A stretch of DNA of 64,000 nt, from contig CAVSTX010000004.1 in NCBI GenBank assembly GCA_963730985.1, positions 826,708-890,707 on the forward strand, given 5' to 3'. The position numbers were made by a program, and so were the translations under genes. The stretch is from Pyrinomonadaceae bacterium (GTDB lineage: Bacteria > Acidobacteriota > Blastocatellia > Pyrinomonadales > Pyrinomonadaceae). The first letter of the stretch is position 1. Each line of letters starts with the position of its first letter. Below the pieces are notes generated by a model, which did not search any database, was not told the DNA's origin, and saw nothing but the letters and a program-made list of their open reading frames with translations. Shown one piece after another: positions 29,944 to 38,564 of this stretch.

Positions 29944-29972
29944 TTGACCTTCCCGCGGTTGGGAAGTAAACT
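29944..29972 (+). promoter_or_regulatory. Candidate sigma70-type promoter
   Basis: TTGACC (29944-29949), a 17-nt spacer, then TAAACT (29967-29972), about 70 nt upstream of ATG 30040. The spacer contains the palindrome cttccc-n6-gggaag. This is a pattern match only. Confidence 0.3.
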
Positions 29973-30039
29973 TCGGGCCAAATCCAAGACCACTTGACCC
30001 CGGTCTCAGCCCGACTCCATGTAAGGGGACAATTTTGTT

Positions 30040-30693
30040 ATGAGCATACGACGTCAAAAGGGCCTGAAGGCAGTAGCTGTATTTTTAGCTTTTGCCCTCG
30101 TCCAAATCTCCCTCCAACTAAGTTTTGCGGCGCCCGCATCGCCATCGGTTACGTCTCTACTCCCTCAGGGGTTACTGGCAAAGATCACCAGTAGGAATGG
30201 CCAACCGATATTGATTAACGGCGTCAGCTCCCCAAGCGGTTCAAGCGTTGCAACAAACGCGATTGTCGAAACCCCCGCTGGGGTCGCTGCGACGATCGAC
30301 CTGGGTTCGCTTGGTACCATTGACCTTTCTCCGGGCACAAAGATTAAGATCGAATACGAGTGCCCGCCTGAGAAACAAAACGACCCTAATCCTGAAGAGT
30401 GCAAGGTCAAGACGACCGTGCTCGCCGGATGTATCGTGGCCCATTACAAGAAGGGCTCACGCCATCAGGTGGATACAGACACGCAGGAGAAGGTAGCGGA
30501 AAGCGACAAGGAAAAAGAGAAGAAGGGTGGCGGTGCGATTCCGTACTGTAAAGACGCCATCGCGCCCATCGTCTCGGCTGGTGGTCTCGGATGGCCGGGA
30601 ACTATCGCAATTCTCAGCGCGGCGTTGATTGTTCCTCCTTCGCTCGTAGTTATATTCGACGAAGGTGGCAATCCCAGCGAACTCGTACCGTAA
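30040..30693 (+). CDS. Hypothetical secreted/anchored protein (FecR-like beta region?)
   Basis: It has an N-terminal signal peptide 'AVAVFLAFALVQISLQLSFA' and a C-terminal hydrophobic segment 'GTIAILSAALIVPPSLVVIF'. No firm family call is possible. Confidence 0.4.
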   Translation: MSIRRQKGLKAVAVFLAFALVQISLQLSFAAPASPSVTSLLPQGLLAKITSRNGQPILINGVSSPSGSSVATNAIVETPAGVAATIDLGSLGTIDLSPGTKIKIEYECPPEKQNDPNPEECKVKTTVLAGCIVAHYKKGSRHQVDTDTQEKVAESDKEKEKKGGGAIPYCKDAIAPIVSAGGLGWPGTIAILSAALIVPPSLVVIFDEGGNPSELVP

Positions 30694-30786
30694 ACTATCA
30701 AACAAGCTCGACACGAGAAGCGTGCCCTCCAAGTGGAGCCGGCACGCTTTTCATTTGTCGCGGGTTGAAGACACAACTGAGGTAAC

Positions 30787-32049
30787 GTGAGCTCACGGTT
30801 CTTTCCAAATCGTCTGGTGCCTGTTGGACGTGTGCTGTTGCTCATTGTGGGCATCGCTGTATGTCTCTGGACTATTCGTGAGGCAGCTCTGTTTGGGGCC
30901 TCACGTCTATTGACGAGATCGGCGTTGGCTGCCCGCAGTTTGGCAGCAGCGCAAGTGGCAACCGATTTGACACCCGCCGACCCGCAAGCGCACCGGGCGC
31001 GGGCGGCTTTACTAATTTTTTACGACACGCCGGCCGACGCGACCATCGCTCTTGAGAAAACGCTTTCCTTGCGCAGTGCCGACTACGCACTATGGATCAC
31101 TCTCGGTCAACTCCGAGACAGAACCGGAGACTCGCAAGGTGCCCTGGCGGCATTCAACGAGGCCGTCAACCGCGCGCCGTTCTACGCGCAGCCTCGTTGG
31201 CAACGCGGAAATTTCCTGTTGCGAGCCGGCCAGTACGAAGCGGCGTTTGCCGATTTAAGTTTGTCGGTCGAGAGCAATCCGGAGATGTTGTCTAATCTCA
31301 TGGACCTGGCATGGAGTCTGTCGAAAGGCAATGCGAAGCTTACTGAAGACCTTGTTCAGATCAAATCAGATAAAGCTCGCCTCGCCTTCGCGCGGTTTTT
31401 GGCTGCGAAAGGAAAGGGTGCGGAAGCTCTCGAGCAACTCAAGGCTGTAGGCACCGTTCCGCCCGAAACTCGAAAGGATCTGGTTTCGCAGCTTTTGACG
31501 ACGAACAACTTCAAGGAAGCGTTCGACATCTGGTCCGAAGGAAACGAACCCACAACTGTTCCTGCGATCTACGACGGGGGTTTTGAAGGCTCTCTAAAAC
31601 TCGATGACAAGGGTTTTGGATGGCGTTTATCGGCAGAGTCGAAGTCCGTTGGTTTAGCATTGGATCCCAATCAGCCACATAGTGGCGCTCAGAGTCTGAG
31701 GATCGATTTGGGCGGCGAGCATTCACCGGACCTGGTTGCTCAGCTGCTTCTAGTCCAACCCTCCACGCGCTACCAGGTGAGCTTTGCGGCACGAACCCAG
31801 GACCTCGTTACAGGTGGTCCACCGCTGGCCGTCGTCACCGATGCCGGCGGCGAACGTAAACGACTTGGGCAATCGGCCACTTTGACCAAAGACACAAAAG
31901 ACTGGCGAACGTTTAACTTTGAATTCACCACGCTTCCTACAACGTCCGCAGTTATGCTGAGCCTGCAGCGAGAACCTTGTAGCTCCGGTCCGTGCCCCGC
32001 TTTCGGCTCAGTCCTACTCGACAGTTTTTCTATTCGGTCATTGCGGTAG
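30787..32049 (+). CDS. Membrane-anchored TPR protein with a C-terminal CBM4/9-like jelly-roll region
   Basis: An N-terminal TM segment is followed by TPR-like helices. The C-terminus 'YDGGFEGS...GWRL...SG.QSLRIDL...YQVSFAARTQ' resembles carbohydrate-binding modules. Confidence 0.5.
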   Translation: MSSRFFPNRLVPVGRVLLLIVGIAVCLWTIREAALFGASRLLTRSALAARSLAAAQVATDLTPADPQAHRARAALLIFYDTPADATIALEKTLSLRSADYALWITLGQLRDRTGDSQGALAAFNEAVNRAPFYAQPRWQRGNFLLRAGQYEAAFADLSLSVESNPEMLSNLMDLAWSLSKGNAKLTEDLVQIKSDKARLAFARFLAAKGKGAEALEQLKAVGTVPPETRKDLVSQLLTTNNFKEAFDIWSEGNEPTTVPAIYDGGFEGSLKLDDKGFGWRLSAESKSVGLALDPNQPHSGAQSLRIDLGGEHSPDLVAQLLLVQPSTRYQVSFAARTQDLVTGGPPLAVVTDAGGERKRLGQSATLTKDTKDWRTFNFEFTTLPTTSAVMLSLQREPCSSGPCPAFGSVLLDSFSIRSLR

Positions 32050-32053
32050 TTAC

Positions 32054-32938
32054 ATGAACAAAACAGCTGCGACAGGGTTACCCAGGTTGAAGGCTGAAGT
32101 GCCTTCCATGGAGAAGATTGATCGACTTGGATGGTCTTCAGGTTTTTCACTGAAGTCTTACGGCGTGCGGATCGGTATAAGGTCAAACGACAACACGGCA
32201 CTTGCGAAGGTTCCTGAGTACCTTCCCAGCGAATGGCAAACGGTTTCCACGGGCAAGGTCGATCGGATCTATTCAATCTTTATCGCCAACGGTGGCTCTC
32301 AACTGAACAGCAGGCGCTTCAACACCCTCCACGGAAACGAAGAGCGCCTGGCGCGCACGCGGGACCTTAATGACCTATACATGCGACTGGAGAGTGATCT
32401 GCGTTTGTTCGTCGCCGAGCACGCGAAGGACCGAGTTTTCGTTCACGCAGGGGTGGTCGGCTGGAAGGGAAAAGCGATACTAATTCCCGGCCGAAGCTTC
32501 AGCGGCAAATCGACACTCGTGGCAGAGCTGATACGCGCGGGCGCTACATATTATTCGGATGAGTATGCCGTACTTGACGCGCAGGGTCGTGTGCATCCTT
32601 TCTCCAAACCACTCGAGATTCGAACTCCGGGAGGCTATGGCCAGGAAAAAGTCCACGTGGCCGACCTGGGCGGACACAATGGCACACGCCCGCTGGCTGT
32701 CGGGTTAGTTGTGATGACTAACTTTGCTGAAGGCGCTTCCTGGCGACCGCGAAAGCTGACCTCCGGTAAGGGAGTTCTCGAATTACTTTCAAACACGGTA
32801 TCTGCGCGTCGCGATCCCACCGCCGCACTACACACGCTGGAGAAAGTTGCAGCGGGAGCTACTGTCTTGAAGGGTGCGAGGGGCGAAGCGACCTCGATGG
32901 CTGCAAAAGTTTTACGCAAACTCGAAGACTTGACCTAG
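32054..32938 (+). CDS. HPr-kinase-like (HprK C-terminal domain-related) P-loop kinase
   Basis: 'HAGVVGWKGKAILIPGRSFSGKSTLVAELIRAGATYYSDEYAVLD' matches the HprK-type P-loop context. It starts 4 nt after the upstream stop. Confidence 0.6.
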   Translation: MNKTAATGLPRLKAEVPSMEKIDRLGWSSGFSLKSYGVRIGIRSNDNTALAKVPEYLPSEWQTVSTGKVDRIYSIFIANGGSQLNSRRFNTLHGNEERLARTRDLNDLYMRLESDLRLFVAEHAKDRVFVHAGVVGWKGKAILIPGRSFSGKSTLVAELIRAGATYYSDEYAVLDAQGRVHPFSKPLEIRTPGGYGQEKVHVADLGGHNGTRPLAVGLVVMTNFAEGASWRPRKLTSGKGVLELLSNTVSARRDPTAALHTLEKVAAGATVLKGARGEATSMAAKVLRKLEDLT

Positions 32939-32939
32939 T

Positions 32940-34028
32940 TTGCTAAACGTCTTGGCAACTACAAACCACTTAAGAAAAGGAAGACTGATTGCGCGGGTGC
33001 TTGAAACTTCCTGGCGCGAACGCGGGCAAAAGCCGCTCGAGATAAGCCAAGCGGAGCTGGATGAAGTCACTCCATTACTGACGTCGTCCGGAGCTGCGTC
33101 GCTCGGTTGGCGGCGCGTGAGCGGTTCCGATCTCAGAGACACGGCATCAGCCGAAGTGCTGCACCAGTCGTATCGCCTCCAGAGTTTGCAGTCATCAATC
33201 ACCGAGCAAAAGGTCGAGAAGGTGTTTCGTGTTCTCAATCAAAGGAATGTTGATGCGTTTGTAGTGAAAGGTTGGGCGGCGGCGCGGGTATATGGCGATC
33301 AATCGATCCGACCGGCGGGAGATATTGATCTCTGCGTGCGGCCGGCGCAGGCAACGGCCGCAAAGGAAGCGCTTAATGAACCGGAAATTTACGATTGTTT
33401 AATTGACCTTCACACGCGTTTCTCAGAGTTGTCTGGCAGGTCACTGGATGATTTGTTTGCCCGCTCTACGACCGTCTCGGTTGGAACTACTCCTATTCGG
33501 GTTTTGAGTGCTGAAGATCATCTTGCACTTCTGAGCGTTCACTTCCTGAAGCACGCTGGATGGCGTCCGCTTTGGCTGTGCGACATCGCGGCAGCGATCG
33601 AATCCATCGGCCCGGCCTTCGATTGGGACGTTTGTCTTGGCACAAACAAGACCCACGCTCACTGGATCCTGAGTACCTTTGCCCTGGCGGAACGGTTACT
33701 CGACGCAGATACATCACGCTGTCCTACAGGTATCCACGATACCGAGCTGCCTGACTGGCTGGTAGAAGAGGTGCTCAAAGGATGGTGCAACCCGCATCCG
33801 ATGAACCAGCCGCCGATGACTCATCCCACGCCGATGTCACAATTGCTGAGAGAGCCGCGTCGTTTGCCTGAAGGGCTGCGTCAAAGATGGCCCAATCCTA
33901 TTCTGGCGACTATTACAGTAAATGGTGGATTTAATTCGTTACCTCGATTTCCTTACCAGGTGGCGAATTGGCTTTTGAGAGTTAAGCGATTCATGGTTCC
34001 CACCGCCCAGGATGTTGAGGAGTTATAG
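32940..34028 (+). CDS. Uncharacterised nucleotidyltransferase family protein (NTP_transf_5-like)
   Basis: The 'RPAGDIDLCVRP' motif and the overall length and helical C-terminus fit this family. The TTG start lies 1 nt after the upstream stop. Confidence 0.55.
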   Translation: MLNVLATTNHLRKGRLIARVLETSWRERGQKPLEISQAELDEVTPLLTSSGAASLGWRRVSGSDLRDTASAEVLHQSYRLQSLQSSITEQKVEKVFRVLNQRNVDAFVVKGWAAARVYGDQSIRPAGDIDLCVRPAQATAAKEALNEPEIYDCLIDLHTRFSELSGRSLDDLFARSTTVSVGTTPIRVLSAEDHLALLSVHFLKHAGWRPLWLCDIAAAIESIGPAFDWDVCLGTNKTHAHWILSTFALAERLLDADTSRCPTGIHDTELPDWLVEEVLKGWCNPHPMNQPPMTHPTPMSQLLREPRRLPEGLRQRWPNPILATITVNGGFNSLPRFPYQVANWLLRVKRFMVPTAQDVEEL

Positions 34029-34031
34029 AAA

Positions 34032-34769
34032 CTGAAAAACGAATTAACAATCCTGAGTTTAGAGACCGCTACCTTGAGCGGCAGTGTCTATCTCGAAAGA
34101 GGGGGGCAGGAGCTTTCAAGTCGCGTCGGCAAGCCGGAAATGTCACACTCCAACACTCTCTTAAGCGATATTGATGAGACTCTCGCCGAAGCCGGGCTCA
34201 CCCTTGAGGATGTCGATTTGTTTTCATGTGCTTCCGGTCCGGGCAGCTTTACAGGTATTCGTATCGGCATTGCGACGTTGAAAGGCCTCGCTGCCACACT
34301 CGGCAAACCAAGCATAGGAATTCCGACACTGCATGCAGTTGCACATGCTGCCGGGCCATCACCAATGACGATCGCGCTGCTGCCGGCGGGTAGGGGAGAA
34401 GTATTCGCCCAGTTGTTTTCCGTTTCGTCTGAAAGTGTTGTTACCGAACAAGACACCGCCGCGCACCTGTCTCCGCAGAAATTGATGGAGCGTTATGGTG
34501 GATTGCGTGATGTGCTCTGGGCCGGTCCCGGCGCGGACGCTCATGAGGGACTTCTAAAAGAAGAAGCTCGACATCGAGGCTTCGAATTCGCAAGTGAGAA
34601 TGAAAGTGGTCCAGGCTGGCGCATCTCGGCGCCCTGCGGGAATCTGGCAAAAAACGTTGCCGCCCTCGCAAGAGATTCATACAACACGGAAGCTGCTTAT
34701 TCAGCTGAATCACTTCACGCGATCTACGTTCGTCCGTCAGACGCAGAACTGAAACAACAATGCAGATGA
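34032..34769 (+). CDS. tsaB: tRNA t6A biosynthesis protein TsaB (YeaZ)
   Basis: Carries 'GPGSFTGIRIGIATLKGLA'. The conserved N-terminal strand 'ILSLETAT' (34050-34073) lies upstream of the first canonical start, TTG 34074. The start coordinate used here is CTG 34032, which sits 9 nt after GAGGAG. The start is uncertain. Confidence 0.75.
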   Translation: MKNELTILSLETATLSGSVYLERGGQELSSRVGKPEMSHSNTLLSDIDETLAEAGLTLEDVDLFSCASGPGSFTGIRIGIATLKGLAATLGKPSIGIPTLHAVAHAAGPSPMTIALLPAGRGEVFAQLFSVSSESVVTEQDTAAHLSPQKLMERYGGLRDVLWAGPGADAHEGLLKEEARHRGFEFASENESGPGWRISAPCGNLAKNVAALARDSYNTEAAYSAESLHAIYVRPSDAELKQQCR

Positions 34770-35269
34770 TCGAACGCGCTGCCAGAGTCAAAACCGGCGA
34801 AATTGTTATCGAGCAAATGACGGAGCACGATCTGCTCGAGGTAGTTGAAATTGAGGAAACGTCCGGGCTTAGTCGCTGGGGATGGTCGGCTTATTACGCG
34901 GAACTTCAGACAAGCAATAGTAAGTTGATGTTAGTGGCGCGTCTCGCTGACCGCCGGTCGCTCAGGCACACACTCGCGGGATACATTGTTGCCAGAATCG
35001 GCGCCGGCGAGTTGCACATAAACAATGTGGCCGTCCGGGAGGAATATCGTAAGCGCGGGATTGGTCGCGACCTGCTGCGACAGATACTTGAGGCGGGAAA
35101 GACCGCCGGCGTTGACTCTGCTTTTTTGGAACTTCGGGCAGGAAATACCGCTGCTAAAGCCCTGTATGAACAATGTGGTTTTCTGATCACGGCGAGAAGA
35201 CCCAGATACTATTCCGATCCCGTCGAAGATGCGCTCGTAATGATTGTCAACTTCAAGTCAGATGCTTGA
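34760..35269 (+). CDS. rimI: Ribosomal-protein-alanine N-acetyltransferase (GNAT)
   Basis: It has the GNAT motif 'VAVREEYRKRGIGRDLL' and the classical tsaB-rimI adjacency, with a 10-nt overlap. Confidence 0.75.
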   Translation: MQMIERAARVKTGEIVIEQMTEHDLLEVVEIEETSGLSRWGWSAYYAELQTSNSKLMLVARLADRRSLRHTLAGYIVARIGAGELHINNVAVREEYRKRGIGRDLLRQILEAGKTAGVDSAFLELRAGNTAAKALYEQCGFLITARRPRYYSDPVEDALVMIVNFKSDA

Positions 35270-35380
35270 TCCGTTTCTTTAATTGGGCTACCATTTTTTC
35301 GTGCCGCATACATTCCCGGGAGGTTTTTCCAACCGCCTCCACCACCCAACTCTTGCCACCTTCGTCATCTGAAAGGAGAC

Positions 35381-35632
35381 ATGCTCGAAATGGATATGAC
35401 TACTACGGATTTGCTTAAGGAAGAGCTGATGAATCGAGATCCGGAGTTTCGAGAGCTAGCTCGCGAACACACTCGATACGAAGAACGTCTCAGCGAACTT
35501 TCTGCCCTGGCTTATCCGAGTGATGAAGAACAACTGGAAGAGGTGACGCTCAAGAAAAAGAAATTAGCACTTAAGGATCAAATGTATTCCATCATTTTGC
35601 AGCACCAGAAAAACCAGAGCGTCAGTCATTAA
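35381..35632 (+). CDS. DUF465/YdcH-family small protein
   Basis: An 83-aa coiled-coil protein with 'DPEFRELAREHTRYEERL..L..........EE...LKKKKLALKDQMY'. Confidence 0.6.
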   Translation: MLEMDMTTTDLLKEELMNRDPEFRELAREHTRYEERLSELSALAYPSDEEQLEEVTLKKKKLALKDQMYSIILQHQKNQSVSH

Positions 35633-35670
35633 TACTCGCCGGAGTAATTTTTCCGGAGCGGTTTACCGTT

Positions 35671-35705
35671 AGGGGACGTGTCGTGTTACACGTCCCCTTT
35701 GTTAC
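35671..35705 (+). terminator. Rho-independent terminator
   Basis: An 11-bp perfect stem, aggggacgtgt (35671-35681) pairing with acacgtcccct (35688-35698), has a 6-nt loop and is followed by TTTGTT. Confidence 0.75.
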
Positions 35706-35732
35706 AAGCAGATATCGATAGGCAGAAATAGA

Positions 35733-36353
35733 TTGAGAATCGCCCGCGAAGGTAGTTGGTACATCATCGTGCCCGCCGCGTTGACGGTCATTTTCCTGCT
35801 GCTGAAGTTGTGGCCAGCCGCAATAATTTTCGGTGTCGTCGCTGCGTTCATGACCTACTTTTTTCGCGACCCAAGCCGTCAGCCTCCTGACGATCCGAAT
35901 CTGGTGGTTTCGCCCGCAGATGGTAGAGTCACGCGTGTCGCGAGGATTGACGATGAAACCGAAACACCGGCGACGCTTGTCAGCATTTTTCTTTCGCCGC
36001 TGGATGTGCACATCAACCGCGCGCCAATTGGCGGGAAGATCACGAACGTAACCTACACACGCGGCAAATTCTTGATGGCGACTGATAAGAACGCGAGCCT
36101 GGTGAACGAACAGAACGCCGTCACGATCCAAGGTGAAAACATCACCGTTGTTTGTAAGCAGATTGCCGGAATCCTCGCGCGCAGGATCGTGTGCTGGAAA
36201 CAACCAGGTGATGCACTCGCGCTGGGAGAGCGCTTTGGATTGATAAAATTTAGCTCTCGCACTGACGTGTTATTACCCGGTAACGTTGACGTATTCGCAA
36301 CCGAGGGTCAACGTGTCCGGGGCGGTACCACCGTCATCGGGAGAATACGATGA
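35733..36353 (+). CDS. psd: Phosphatidylserine decarboxylase (short form)
   Basis: Carries 'IFLSPLDVHINRAPIGG' and 'FGLIKFSSRTDVLLP' (the self-cleavage region). It sits next to pssA. Confidence 0.8.
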   Translation: MRIAREGSWYIIVPAALTVIFLLLKLWPAAIIFGVVAAFMTYFFRDPSRQPPDDPNLVVSPADGRVTRVARIDDETETPATLVSIFLSPLDVHINRAPIGGKITNVTYTRGKFLMATDKNASLVNEQNAVTIQGENITVVCKQIAGILARRIVCWKQPGDALALGERFGLIKFSSRTDVLLPGNVDVFATEGQRVRGGTTVIGRIR

Positions 36354-37261
36354 GCTTTACTGGCGAATTACCAGCCGAGCCGGACCTGCGACCGCAACGT
36401 CGTGGACTTCGGAAAGGCCTGTACCTGATTCCGTCTGTCTTTACGGCGGCAAATATCGGTATGGGCTTTTACGCAGTGATGGCCGCGGTTCGCGGATTTC
36501 AATTCGTCGGCGCCGGCACCGAAGCCGATCTACTGCAAGCCTCGGTCTATCTCGACAACGCCGCGAAGGCCATTGGCTGGGCCGTACTTTTCGACATGCT
36601 TGACGGACGAATCGCTCGCATGACGAAAACCACTACCGAGATCGGCGTACAACTCGATTCTATCGCCGACGTAGTCACATTTGGTCTTGCACCAGCCGTG
36701 CTTGCCTATGTCTGGGGTTATGGCGCGAGTTTTTCTGAAGGCAGCGATCTTCACAGCCTGGCGTGGTTTCTGTCATTTATGTACCTGATGTGCGGAGGCT
36801 TTCGACTTGCCCGGTTCAACGTGCAATCGTCTCGCCCGCGAATTCTCGCGGAGGGAACGATCAAAATGGACAAAAAGAGTTTCGTCGGCTTGCCGATTCC
36901 GGTTGCCGGCGGCCTCATCGCCGCGATTATCCATTTCGCGCCCGTGCCGCTTGTTTACTATGGACCAGACAGAGCGCGAATTTATGCCGTTTTGCTGATG
37001 GGTTTGGTTGGTCTCTTGAGTGTGTTGATGGTCAGCACCCTGCGGTTTTCGAGTTTCAAGACTGTAGGTACGCGCAGCCGCAGCATGCGCACAATCATTT
37101 TCGCCGTTGCCATAGGTACGTTGATCTTTCTCTTTTCGCGTTACGTACTATTGGCGATTGTGGTGGGATACATCGTTCACGGCCTGCTGTCACGCGTCTT
37201 CGGTATGTTCAGAAAGCGTTCAGAGATCACTGAGGCCAACGTTCAAACGAACCTCCACTGA
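36350..37261 (+). CDS. pssA: CDP-diacylglycerol--serine O-phosphatidyltransferase
   Basis: The CDP-alcohol phosphatidyltransferase motif 'DMLDGRIARMTKTTTEIGVQLDSIADVV' is present in a polytopic protein. Confidence 0.85.
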   Translation: MSFTGELPAEPDLRPQRRGLRKGLYLIPSVFTAANIGMGFYAVMAAVRGFQFVGAGTEADLLQASVYLDNAAKAIGWAVLFDMLDGRIARMTKTTTEIGVQLDSIADVVTFGLAPAVLAYVWGYGASFSEGSDLHSLAWFLSFMYLMCGGFRLARFNVQSSRPRILAEGTIKMDKKSFVGLPIPVAGGLIAAIIHFAPVPLVYYGPDRARIYAVLLMGLVGLLSVLMVSTLRFSSFKTVGTRSRSMRTIIFAVAIGTLIFLFSRYVLLAIVVGYIVHGLLSRVFGMFRKRSEITEANVQTNLH

Positions 37262-37271
37262 AGTTCCCCCG

Positions 37272-38430
37272 CTATTCTTTCTTCACAGGCGCCACCTCAC
37301 GGGGCCGCATAAAAGCAACCAGTCCACTATCAATTGTGAGGAGTACTGCGTCACCGACTGCGATCGGTGATGCAGACGTCGTTATCTCCTCACCTACGGG
37401 AAGGGAATTCACCGGACGCCCGTTGCGAAGCTCCAGGACAACACCCGCTACGCTTGAAAGCGGCGTGAAAAGCGCCTCGGCTCCCGACATCAGGGGTTGT
37501 GAAGAGAGGCGACCTGGCAGTTGCCGTTTCCACAGCCTCCGTCCGTTCAAAGTCAACTTGTAAACGAAGTTGTCTAGTGACGCGACGAGCAATTCATCTC
37601 CAACTTTCACGACTGCTTGCACACCCGCACCGGTCCGATTGCGCCACAACATACGACCGTTGATAGCGTTCACGGCGTAAACATATCCATCGCCCGAGCC
37701 GAAATAAACGATGTCGCCACCGTTGGCGACCGGTCCTCTCACCGGACCCTTCGTTCGGTAGAACCACACCAGCTTCCCAGTCGCTTCATCCAGGGCGAGC
37801 AAGTTCCCGTCCTCGCTTCCGATGTACAACCTCGAGCCGGACAGCACGGGCTGCCCGTTGAACGATGAGCCATAGTCGTAAGACCAACGCGCGGCGCCCG
37901 TCTTCGAATCGAAGGCATAAATCTTTCCGTCGCTGGTTCCGGCGAAAAGTTTACCGTTGCCCAACGCCAGAGTCCCACGCACAGGCATTGCCAGCGTTCG
38001 CATCCACTGCGTAACGCCAGCTTCGCGACCCAGGGCGCGCAACGCCCCCGTTGCTCGCCTCACGCCAGCCTCAAGCTTTCCTGTTTCGGAGGCCACATAA
38101 ACCGCATGTTCGTCCGCGACCGGTGAAGCGGAGAGTTCTCCGCCCACTTCGGAACGCCAGTTCAGTTGTCCATTAACGGCTTTGAGCGAGACGATGACGC
38201 CGCCCGACAATGGCAAGTAAACGCGCTCAGCGTCTCGAGCGGGCGTTAGCCCCACCGTCGAGGTTGAGTCGTACCGCCACCCGATAGTCATCGGTTGGCT
38301 TAAGTCAATATTTTTGTCGCGCGGTAGACTCCTTCGCAGGAGTATTGGTTTGTTGTGCGGACGCACTCGCACCAAGGCTAAGCGCGATCAGGATCACGCA
38401 AAGCAACGTTGCCCCTCTTTGCTTGTTCAT
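37272..38430 (-). pseudogene. PQQ-like/BamB-like beta-propeller protein whose signal peptide lies in a different frame
   Basis: The 367-aa ORF has repeated 'G.lyaldA.tGk..W' blades. The signal peptide 'MNKQRGATLLCVILIALSLGASASA' (ATG 38430) is in another frame. Changing the coding-strand A5 run (plus strand 38311-38315) to A6 joins the two pieces. Confidence 0.65.
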
Positions 38431-38471
38431 AAAAATCGGCATGAATAAGTAAATGTAATTACGTCTCCCTA

Positions 38472-38499
38472 TTGAGTTATTCGAAACCAAAAGTATAAT
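38472..38499 (+). promoter_or_regulatory. Candidate promoter for guaA
   Basis: TTGAGT (38472-38477), a 16-nt spacer, then TATAAT (38494-38499), 66 nt upstream of the start at 38565. This is a pattern match only. Confidence 0.35.
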
Positions 38500-38564
38500 C
38501 CTCAGTTCATTTTTGACCGGTTGCGCCTATTGGACGCAGTTATGGTGTCGAGAGGTTTTCTTTT

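Noticed and set aside
3014-34028. A complete lasso-peptide or other RiPP cluster built from AsnB-like enzymes, the HprK-like kinase and the nucleotidyltransferase.
   Set aside because: Both AsnB homologues keep the glutaminase 'MCGI' N-terminus and sit among glycosyltransferases. I found no transglutaminase-like leader protease, no RRE/PqqD-like protein and no precursor. Only the kinase/nucleotidyltransferase pair is retained as a finding.
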